Made by a program: the position numbers and the translations under genes. Of a stretch of DNA of 64,000 bases, positions 53,983 through 64,000 are shown one piece after another (positions within the stretch are counted from its first letter, which is position 1; each line of letters opens with the position of its first letter). Under the pieces are notes generated by a model, which saw only the letters and a list, made by a program, of their open reading frames with translations, was not told the DNA's origin and ran no database searches. Source of the DNA: Felis catus (Eukaryota); NCBI RefSeq assembly GCF_018350175.1, contig NC_058368.1:207020001-207084000 (forward strand), given 5' to 3'.

Positions 53983-54210
53983 GGGGTGCCTGGATGGCTC
54001 AGTTGGTTAACTGTTTGACTTCAGCTCGGGTCATGATCTCACAGTTCATGAATCTGAGTCCCATGTCAGACTGTGCTGACAGCTCGGAGCCTGGAGCCTG
54101 CTTCGGATTCTGTGTCTCCCTCTCTCTCTGCCCCTCCCTGGCTCGCACTCTGTCTCTCTGTCTCTCAAAAATAAACAAAACATGTTTTAAAAATTTTTTA
54201 AATAAAAATA
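53983..54210 (+). mobile_element. CAN-SINE
   Basis: Full SINE; TSD ~AAA(G/A)CAATAACA. Confidence 0.93.
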
Positions 54211-55236
54211 AAACAATAACAAGTCAGTTTTCAAAACAATAGAAATGGCTATTTGTATAAGACGCTAAACAACTAGAGAACCACTAACCATTTCTGTATC
54301 CTTATTCATTTTAACAATCAGATTTGCTTCCTCATCTTTAGTTCCACAGTTTTACACTCTTTGAATTTTGAAGAGTATTATTAGGATGCTTATTAACTTA
54401 GGAGCCCATTCATATAGACATCCTGTCATAGTATAGTATGAAATATTCTTATGTTATTGATTCTACACAGAAAAAGAGTTCATATTATCAATTTCCTTGA
54501 AGAGAACATTGCTAGCTGAACTTATTTGAGCCTTATTTCTATAAATGTTGTTGTTGGCATAATGAAATATTGTCAGCCTTCAGCTCACTAAGCATATAAT
54601 CCCGTCAACTATTAGCTGTCTTCCTCAGGGAGTGCAAACTCATTGCTAAGGACCTGTCATCTTACCAAGCTATGACTGATAGCCCCTAGCAGAATACACA
54701 AATGAAAAAGGACACAGTTTTAAAGAAGCAGTGTAGAGTAAATAATGTCTCTGTATGACCAGGGAGGGGCAATCTTATGGGAACACTGTCTACTACTTTG
54801 TTAAAACTAAAAGAATGCTAGAAGTCCATGTGGCATGTTGTTTTATTTCCAACTTTCTTCTTCAAGTTTTGGGCAAATTTCCAGTTTATTACGGTTCAAC
54901 TAGAATTGATGCATATTTATAAATATAATTCAGACATTGCAAAAGTTTACTTTTCCTTTCATTGTTCTTATACCTTAAACAAATTGTTCTGAGGGAACTG
55001 TTGGTACAAATGAGGTCAATTTGTACTTTTGGTTGCTAAGGAGCTGATCAACTGGTGACCTGATTACCTTATTCATCACTGTTGGATAAAGTCTCCAATG
55101 CACTAAATATTCCAATATGTGGATTCAATAAACAGAAGTTCTGAAGATCTGGTATGCACAAAGCTTCATGCTGAAATGGAGAAATAATTAAAGTCCAGGT
55201 GATCTCTTATGTCACTTTAGATTTTATCTTTTCCAT

Positions 55237-55241
<5 letters not shown>

Positions 55242-55284
<43 letters not shown>
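55242..55284. repeat. (CA)n microsatellite
   Basis: Read directly. Confidence 0.95.
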
Positions 55285-55286
<2 letters not shown>

Positions 55287-55426
55287 GATAAAAGGAGCTA
55301 ATAGAGACTTTAGACATATTTTAAAAGTAAAATACTTAAACTTTATAAACTGTCTCTGGTATGATCCATTCAAAATCACCATAATTTCTGGATATAGCCA
55401 GAGTTGAAAAGGATAGAAGGAGAACA

Positions 55427-55625
55427 TTTTTTTTAATGTTTGTTTGTTTGTTTGTTTTGAGAGAGAGTGAGTGGGGAGAGGGAGACAGAGAATCCCAAAC
55501 AGGCTTTGCGCTGTCAGCACAGAGCCTGATGCAGGGCTCAAACTCATGAATGGTGAGATCATGACCCGAGCCAAAATCAAGAGTTGGATTTGGATGCTTA
55601 ACCAACTGGGCCACCCAGGTGCCCC
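55427..55625 (-). mobile_element. CAN-SINE
   Basis: Reverse-complement SINE with (TTTG)n tail. Confidence 0.92.
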
Positions 55626-55656
55626 AGGAGAAGAACTTTATAGCACAGCTGTATCT

Positions 55657-55752
55657 AGCTAGCTAGCTATTTATAGGCTCCATGCCCAATGCATCTCACA
55701 ACCTTGAGATCAAGAGTTGCATGCTCTACTGACTGAGCCAGCCAGACACCCC
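55657..55752 (-). mobile_element. Short CAN-SINE variant
   Basis: GAGATCAAGAGTTGCATGCTCTACTGACTGAGCCAGCCAGACACCCC; TSD AGCA(C/T)AG(C/T)TGTATCT. Confidence 0.85.
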
Positions 55753-56081
55753 AGCATAGTTGTATCTTTAAAATAATGTACAAGATAACAAGCAAAAGAA
55801 GAAAAAAGAAAGGGTCACTTGGAACAATTGTTGGCATTTTTAACTTTGCATCATAGAAGTGCTCAATTTAGTATAAAGATTTTAGGAAAAAGAAAAGGCC
55901 ATGCATTCATGCAGCATAATAACACAAATATAAAACTCAGTAACTGACATTGCCAGGCAGATCAAAGTTGAAAATGTCAACATCTTATCTTCAATACGCC
56001 TTCCATGTAGTAGGTGGGATGATATCAATAAATAAGTAACAGTGATATGAAAAATGACAAACTGTGAATTTTCCAAAGAAG

Positions 56082-56750
56082 TGTGGTGGCCACTGTGATG
56101 TGCTATGCACATCTCCTTCAAGAATGAAAGATTTGTTCCCCCACTGCTGACAGAAAATCTTTAGGTGTCAGCCTCTGCAGAATTGCCTTAGCTGAAGAGA
56201 ATCACTTCGATCAAGGACATACAGCCTTGCATCCTAATGATTAATTGATGCAGGGGTATAAATGCCAACCCCCTTATCTCAACTTCAGAACACTCCATAG
56301 AGTGATCTGAGGCCCTCATTGAAATTAAATCAACGTATGTTGCTGCTCAGTCCTGCTTTTTAATCTTTCCTTCCAAGGGTGTTGCTCTCAAGGTTACTCC
56401 CTGAGAAATCATCTACATGTTAATTGCTGCTTCCTGAGGAACCAACTCTGTAGAACTTCATATCACTAAAAGTTTGAGAAAGCAGATGGTGAGATGGCAT
56501 TTTGGAACTGGATCATTTACCACTTGGCTGGCAGTGAGACCCTAATCACTAGTCGTAGGTGGAACACAAATACCCTCTGGTAGGTGGCAGTGTAATCATT
56601 AAAACTTGTACTGGTGAACTGGGATAGAATAGTGGTGGAAGAGAATTCATTAGCCGGTGTGATATTATCAGGTTTTTGAGAAATGGAGTAGAAATAGTAT
56701 CTATAAGGACTATGGAAGTAGATAACTCTTGCTGGGTTTTATCGATATGC
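56082..56750 (+). mobile_element. ERVL LTR16-like LTR (~56082-56455) followed by a HERV16/ERVL internal gag-leader remnant
   Basis: LTR begins TGTGGTGGCC..CATCTCCTTCAAGA, contains GGGGTATAAAT and ends TGCTTCCTGAGGAACCAA; it is followed by GAGAAAGCAGATGGTGAGATGG..TTTTGGAACTGGATCA..GGTGAACTGGGATAG. Confidence 0.7.
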
Positions 56751-57828
56751 AGGACCAGTAGGCAGAAGATGAGTTATTATCTGGCTTGGGTAACTGATAC
56801 TGGTAAGGCTGCTGTCATACAAGCAGTCAGGGAAGAATGTGTTTGGGACAAGATAGTATGTTTGGGATTCTCTTGATGGCTGCTTATCCCATTTTGACAG
56901 TAAATGGACAAGTACCTTGTGGCTCTCTCTCATGTCATGGAAGCAGTGTTGCTTTAGAAGCCAGAAGACCCAGGTGAATTCTAATGTGAACTAAGTATTA
57001 ATTATCTATGTGAGTTGCTACATAGCTCTGGTTTTTAGTTTCCTATGTATGACATGAGGAGGCTGAACAGCTGATGTCTAAGTTATTTTGAGCATTATTA
57101 TTATAAAAGAAAAAAATGAACACATATTATAGTATGACATTTAAAAGAAGCCACAGATTTCATGTTTTTTTAATGTCGCATTTCGTGCACAGTCTAGAGA
57201 AGAAAACATATAACCTTGTGTTTTTCACTCTTTTAGTACAGTAAATGGAACAATTCATTATGTGATGCAAGGAATCATCAGTAAAAGATAAATTCACCAA
57301 ATAGAAGCAAAAGAGCATATTAAAGCAGAAACCATTAGCATATCTCTACAACTTAAAGTATTTTGTGCTTCTATTATACAGATGGATAGAAAGAATTCAT
57401 ACTTCAGAATTGGGACGAAGTATTCATGTGAAGGAGAGGAAGTACCATCTGATTTCTGGAATCTGATTCAAAACAGTTCACAAAAAAAGTTTAATGTTTT
57501 AGCATTCTACTGCTTAGTTATAATTTTAGAATGTTTAGTTTAAAAATTACCCGAAAAAACCTAGTAGAGCTTTTCTGGGTCTGGTTTGAAGATGGTCTCT
57601 GTAGTAGTAAAATTTTTTAAATCCAGTTAATATAGCAAGACAGAATAGGGTGGGTGATAACCATTCACACATTTTCTTTTCACCACCTGCTAAGATTACT
57701 CAGGAAGCTGTAGTGTATATGGAAATATGTCACATTAAAGCCCGAAAGTCCTAATACAAATTACATTCACCTTATGAGTCAGACAAACCACTTAAACTTT
57801 CTGTTTTGTTAAATTGATTTTTTAAAAA

Positions 57829-57864
<36 letters not shown>

Positions 57865-57890
57865 CAGAGAGCAGAGAGAGAGAGAGAGAG
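57829..57890. repeat. (GT)n(GA)n compound microsatellite
   Basis: Read directly. Confidence 0.95.
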
Positions 57891-58699
57891 GAAACTCTGA
57901 GAACAATGAATATTACTGATATGTCAGTTGTTGCTTCTTTAATTCATTTAACTTCATTAATCAAAGACTATCTTGTAGGTAATTTGAAACCACTATGAAG
58001 TCATTTTTCCACTTCAAAAATGTTGATTTTCTTTATAATAAGTAATCTTAATAAACTTCCATTACCAGCTTTACAGAGATCATAAAAACTTCCACTGCTA
58101 TATGGTATCAATAACACTACTATCCTCATGACTTAGTATATGAAACAAAAACATCAGGAAGAGAACCAGGTTCAGTACCTTAACTGATCATCATTGTTCC
58201 TCATTAGTCAGCCAACAATAGATCTGGTTTGCCATAAGAGCTGTGGGTATAGGATAATTATATTAACTTCCAAACAGAAACCTAATTCTAAGCACAATCT
58301 TAGCATTTGTTGTTGTTGTTGTTGTTTTTAATTTTTAGGATAAGATTAGAATTTGTTTTTTCACTCATCATTCCTTTATCTTACATGTTAACCACATACA
58401 TGTGAAGTGGCTATGATATGTCATTTACATAATAAAATATTTACTGCTTTGCAGCTTCGGCTCTACACTGGGTCTAAAATACTCTGATTACAGAGCTTTC
58501 TCAAGATCTTTGATCTTTTGTTTCATAAGAATTGTGTATGCTCTGCATACATAGTATAAGCCACACCCACATTTTCCAACTTTCCCTCTCTACCTGTTTT
58601 TCCCCTGCTCTGCTTTCTGCTATGCCTTTCATTTCATTACTCATTCATTTCTAAAAATAGATGTAGGGACCACTCATTCTTCTGAAAAATTCTGAAACA

Positions 58700-59882
58700 A
58701 AGAAAGATACTATATCCATAAATAGGAAGATCCAAAATTGTTAAGATATCAATTTTCCTCAAATTAATCTAGAGATTTAAAACAATGCCAGTCATAATCC
58801 ATCAGGCGTTTTTCGTGGAAATTGATAATCTGCTTCTAAAATGTACATGGAAAGTCAAAGGAACTAGAATAGACAAAACGATCTTCAAAAAGAAGAAAAT
58901 AAGTATTTACACTATCTTCTTGATAGTGTAATCAAGAATCTATCTTGATTCAAGATCTTGCTTGAAAATCTTGCTTCAAGATCTACCATGCAAATGCAGT
59001 AACCAAGACAGAATAATTCTGGTGTGAATCAGTGAAACAATAAGGAGCTCGGAAATAGGCCCCCCTTATCAGATTGTTCAGTTGTCTACAAAGGCACTAA
59101 AACAATGCAATGGGGAAAAGAAAGCCTAAGAATGATGCTGGAAGAATTGAATAATTACATTAGAACACATAAACATAAAAGGTAAACAGGTAACAATGTT
59201 TTTAGAAGAAAACAGGTTTTTGGGAGTTGGAAGAGAGAAGTTTTATTTTAAGGCCACAATAATCAACAACCATAAAAGAAAAATTATTTTATTTTATTTA
59301 ATAAAATAAAAAATTATTTTTATTTTATTTTATTATAATGCTGAGTAAATTACTCTTCATCAGAATTTTAAAAAACCTTTGTTCATCAAAAGACACAACT
59401 AAGAAATTGAATAGGTAAGCAAAATCCCAGGAGAAAAATATTCATGAATTATGTATCTGACAAAGGTCCATATATATTTCTGAAGAGGTAACCTACATCA
59501 TTAGTCATCAGAGAAATAAAAATTAAGATCACAATAAGATGCCACTCCATACCTACCAAAATGTTTGAAATTTAAAAAGACACAACATAAAATGTTTGTG
59601 AGTATATTAACCAACTAGAATTCTCAAACCCTGGTAGCTGGAGTGTAAAATGGTACAAAAATCTTAGTAAAACTTTTGGTAGATTCTCATAAAACTAGAT
59701 GTATACCTTATCCTATAACTCTGCAATTCTGCTCCTAGGTAGTCACCAAATAGAAATTAAAATATATGCTCGTATAAAGACCTAAAACAAATGTTCATAG
59801 CATCTTTATTTATGTTAGATTAAAAACTGGAAGCAGCCCAAGTGTCCATGAAAAAAAAATAGATAAATTATCATGTACTCAG
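58700..59882 (+). mobile_element. Old L1M ORF2 3' portion, interrupted by the EEF1A1 retrocopy
   Basis: TTGTTAAGATATCAATTTTCCTCAAATTAATCTAGAGATT; CATCAAAAGACAC; CATTAGTCATCAGAGAAAT; AAACTGGAAGCAGCCCAAGTGTCCA. Confidence 0.85.
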
Positions 59883-59904
59883 ACAAACCCAACTCAGACA
59901 AACC

Positions 59905-61312
59905 CAACAGGTTTGCCACCAGAACACAGGTATCATGAAAACCATCCCTAAACCTAAACCAAAATGGGAAAGGAAGACTTTCATATGATCATCATTGTCA
60001 TTGGACATGTAGATTCAGGCATGTCTACCATTACTGGTCATCTGATCTACAAATGTGGTGGGATTGACAAAGAACTATTGAAAAATTTGAGAAGGAGGCT
60101 GCTGAGATGGGAAAAGGCTCTTTCAAGTATGCCTGGGTCTGGACAAACTGAAAGCTGAATGTGAGTGTGGTATCACCATTGATATCTCCCTGTCGAAATT
60201 CAAGACCAGCAAGTATTATGTGACCATCGTTGATGCCCCAAGACACGGAGACTTTATCAAAAATGTGATTAGAGGCACATCTCAGGCTGACTGTGCTGTC
60301 CTGATTGTTGATGCTGGTGTTGGTGAATTTGAAGCAGGTCTCTCCAAGAATGGACAGCCACCAACTTGTTCACCAACTTGTCCAAGTGACAAGTCCTTGT
60401 CCCTCTACGATGTCTCCAAAAGTGGTGGTATTAGTACTGTCCCTGTGGCCCTAATGGAGACTGGTATTCCTAAACCTGGTGTGGTGGTCACCTTTGCTCC
60501 AGTCAATGTTACAACTGAAGTAAAGTCTGTTGAAATGCACCCTGAAGCTTTGAGTGAAGCTTTTCCTGGGGACAATGTGGGCTTCAACATCAAGAACGTG
60601 TCTGTCAAAGATGTTCATTGTGGCAATGTGGCTGGTGACAGCAAAAATGGCCCACCAATGAAAACAGTTGGCTTCACAGCTCGGGTAATTATCTTGAACC
60701 ATCCAGGCCAAATCAGTGCCGGATATGCACCTGTGCTGAATGGTCACACAGCTCACATTGTCTGCAGGTTCGCTGAGCAGAAGGAGAAGATTGTCATTCT
60801 GGAAAAAAAGCTGGAAGATGGTCCCGAGCTCTTGAAATCTGGTGATGTTGCCATCGTTGATATGGTTCCTATGTGTGTTGAGAGCTACTCTGACTATCCT
60901 CCTCTGGGCCATTTTGCTCTTTGTAACATGAGACAGACAGTTGCTGTGGGTATCATCAAAGCAGTGGGAAAGAAGGCAGCTGGAAGTGGCAAGGTCACCA
61001 AGTCTGCCCAGAAGCTCAGAAGGCTAAATGAATATATCACCAATACCTGCCACCCCAGTCTTAATCAGTGATGGAAGAATGGTCTCAGAACTGTTTGTGT
61101 CAATTGGCCATTTAAGTTTAATAGTAAAAGACTGGTTAATGATAACAATGCATTGTAAAACCTTCAGAAGGAAAGGGAAATATTTTGGGGACAATTTGTG
61201 TGTGTGTGGCAAAAGTCAGTACTTTTTACAGACACAACTTGACCAAATATCTGTCAAAGAATTTTGAGATCCATTAAAACAAAAGTTTAATGAGAAATAA
61301 ACAAAACAAAAA
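59905..61312 (+). pseudogene. EEF1A1: Processed pseudogene of EEF1A1 with internal deletion
   Basis: 5' UTR GGTTTGCCACCAGAACACAG; ATG at 59964 gives [71 protein letters not shown]; intronless with frameshifts; 3' UTR to CATTAAAA..AATGAGAAA plus an A-rich tail. Confidence 0.97.
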
Positions 61313-62100
61313 TCAACTATGGTATACTCAGTCAATGGAATACTATTAAGCAATAGAAATGAACAAATTACTAATACATACAATGTTGATGTGCCTGAAA
61401 ATTTTTGAGGTACCTGAGTAAAAGATACCTTACACAGAAGTGTACATATTTTATTGTTCGATTTATATGAAGTTCTATAATAGGTAAAACTAATCTCTGG
61501 TGGGAAAAATAACCAAAACAGTAGGTGTCTTTGGGGAATATGCAAAAGGTTTGATCAGGAAGGGGCCCAAGAAAACTTTCTGGGAAGATAATGATATTCT
61601 TTATCTTGACAAATCTTTGGGTTACATAGATATTCCTGTACAACAAAAGTTATCATATGGTGCACTTAAGATTTGTGCAATTCACTGTATGGCAATTTAA
61701 AGTTTATTTATTTGAGAGAGAGAGAGAGCACACACAAGAGAAAGAGAATGAGCAGGGAGGGGCAGAGATGGAGAGAGAGCATCCCAAACAGGCTCCATGT
61801 TCTGCACAGAGCAGGGTTGACTGTGAGATCATGATCTGATCCAAAACCAAGAGTCGGACACTCAACCAACTGAGGCACCCAGGTGCCCCGCACTGTATGG
61901 CAATTTAAACTAAAAAAAGAAAAAGCTATAAACAAATATTGAACTCTAGTTAAGGACACGCATCCTGAAGTGTTTAGGGGTGAAGGGTACTGATATTGGC
62001 AACTTACTTTAAAATGTGTCTGTAATGAGACAGATGGATGAAATGTCAGAGAAATGGATGGTTGGATAGATATGTGACAAAGCAGAGTGAGCAAAACGCT
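61313..62100 (+). mobile_element. Continuation of the L1M (3' UTR)
   Basis: TATGGTATACTCAGTCAATGGAATACTATTAAGCAATAGAAATGAAC resumes the L1 after the retrocopy. Confidence 0.85.
61702..61889 (-). mobile_element. CAN-SINE inside L1
   Basis: Perfect TSD CACTGTATGGCAATTTAAA (61683-61701, 61891-61909). Confidence 0.94.
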
Positions 62101-62585
62101 TATTTTATTTTTTAAAAGATTTTTTAAATGTTGATTTATTTTTGGGGCGCCTGGGTGGCGCAGTCGGTTAAGCATCCGACTTCAGCCAGGTCACGATCTC
62201 GCGGTCCGTGAGTTCGAGCCCCGCGTCGGGCTCTGGGCTGATGGCTCAGAGCCTGGAGCCTGTTTCTGATTCTGTGTCTCCCTCTCTCTCTGCCCATCCC
62301 CCGTTCATGCTCTGTCTCTCTCTGTCCCAAAAATAAATAAACGTTGAAAAAAAAATTTAAAAAAAAAATGTTGATTTATTTTTGAGACACACACACACAC
62401 ACACACACACACACAGCATGAGAGGGGGAGGGACAGAAAGAGATGGAAACACAGAATCCACACAGATGGAGACACAGGCTCTGAGCTGTCAGCACACAGC
62501 CCGATGTGGGGCTTGAACCACAAACTGTGAGATCATGACTTGAGCCAAAGTCGGACCCATAACCGACTGAGCCACCCAAGTGCCC
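62100..62585 (-). mobile_element. CAN-SINE with internal (CA)n; its tail is interrupted by a younger SINE
   Basis: Reverse-complement head ends at 62585; T-rich tail remnant at 62100-62143. Confidence 0.9.
62144..62365 (+). mobile_element. Young felid CAN-SINE (SINEC_Fc-like), nested
   Basis: Perfect TSD AAATGTTGATTTATTTTT (62126-62143, 62366-62383). Confidence 0.97.
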
Positions 62586-63764
62586 AAAATGTATATTTTA
62601 ACATCTAGATTGTGTTCAAGTCAAGCTTCTTATATCTTTGAAATTTTTTGTTAATAAAATATGGGATAAAAGCAGTAAAAAAAATAGAAAGTTAATTTTA
62701 AAATTTAGTGATGCTTATACTAAATAAGCTTCTAATTTGAAATTATCTGACTCAATATATTATATGTATTATAAGAAGATAATTTATTAAATGGCAACAA
62801 AAAAAGAGAGCTGTGAATGAAAAAACTGTTTTTAAAGTGCTAAAAGAATCCTGAGTGCCATGGGATTGAGTTTGATTTTTTTACCCAACATTTTCAGTAA
62901 AACACTTGTAACCATGATAGCATATTTGATTTTACCATATAGAATAAGATTCACACTTAAATTAGTATGTAAAATTTTTAAATTGAAAGAGACCTTAGCA
63001 ATCATCTTTTAATCCCTTTGTTTTAAAGATGTGAAAGCTGATGTCCTCAAGGACTGTGAGTTTACTCTAAGTCACAAAGCTAGTAAATACCAGCATGCTT
63101 ACCAAAAACAAGACAAAACAAAACAAAACTGTGAAATCTGATTCATTTCCCTTTGAAGTTCTCTTGTACGAGTGTGAGAATCAGTCAGACCAGCATCTAG
63201 ACTACCAGGAAGAGGCATCTGTGAGAAGGGAGTAATAATGCCTGCTCTGCTACAGGAAATACCAACGCGCTTTGGATTGTTCTTAAGATGGTGAGAAACT
63301 TAAATACCACTCGTTAGTTTCAACGTATGTGTAATACATCGAGATCTACACTTCAGGTCAGTGGATTTCCAAATGGGACTGATGTACTGGCTGTGATTTA
63401 ACTCATTATTTCCCATAAAATTTACATCGGTCAGAATGCATAATCCAAGTGACCATGAGAGACAAATACATATGAAAGTAGAGCAAAGTGGAACACATTT
63501 AGATAGAAGGTTCATTAATCTTCACCATAAATTAAATTCTCCAACTGAAGGAGAATTTACAAGTTTTATTTTTATATACAGTCTTCAAAGAGATTTGGAA
63601 TAAAACAAATGTATTCAAATGCATAAATGTAAGCCATCCTCAAAGTAAAACATTAAATCTGAAGAAATATATTATTTGATAGGAACATAGCAATAAAATA
63701 TTCAACAAAAACCCACAGAGTCTAAAGGATTTTCATTTCATGTGGACTCAAAGTATTCCATTTT

Positions 63765-63974
63765 CATTATTTTTATTTTTTTAATTAATTTATTTAGAGA
63801 GACAGAGAAAGCGTGAGTTGGGGAGGGGCAGAGAGAGAGGGAAAGAGAGAGAACCCCAAGCAGGTTCCACACTGCCAGCATGGAGCCTGATGTGGGGCTC
63901 AAACCCATGAACCAAGAGATCATGACCTGAGCCAAAGTCAGATGCTTAACTGACTGAGCCATCCAGGCACCCCC
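63765..63974 (-). mobile_element. CAN-SINE
   Basis: TSD CAAAGTATTCCATTTT. Confidence 0.94.
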
Positions 63975-64000
63975 CAAAGTATTCCATTTTTAAAATGCTA

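Noticed and set aside
63140..63540. CpG-retaining unique stretch, possible exon
   Set aside because: No convincing acceptor/donor pair or recognisable peptide in the frames I checked
679..63977. Many 60-130 aa ORFs with motifs such as MAQLVK..SAQVMIS..SLEPA
   Set aside because: They are translations of CAN-SINEs, not genes

Overview
AT-rich mammalian DNA, intergenic or deep intronic. The young tRNA-derived CAN-SINEs of SINEC_Fc type point to a felid, probably domestic cat or a close relative. I recognised no intact protein-coding gene, RNA gene or CRISPR array. The window is dominated by about 30 CAN-SINEs, L1 and L2 remnants, MIRs, MaLR (MLT1) and ERVL-class LTRs, and microsatellites. It holds two processed pseudogenes. 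A TXNL1 retrocopy (~2.55-3.93 kb) has lost its CGPC active site and is interrupted by a SINE. An EEF1A1 retrocopy (~59.9-61.3 kb) has a ~105-codon internal deletion and sits inside an old L1. The best candidate for a functional non-repetitive element is an ISRE/ETS motif cluster at ~18.9-19.3 kb, a possible interferon/immune enhancer or promoter. I found no convincing evidence of a novel biological system. Repeat family names and parent-gene comparisons come from recalled consensus sequences, not from database searches, and boundaries of old elements are approximate.
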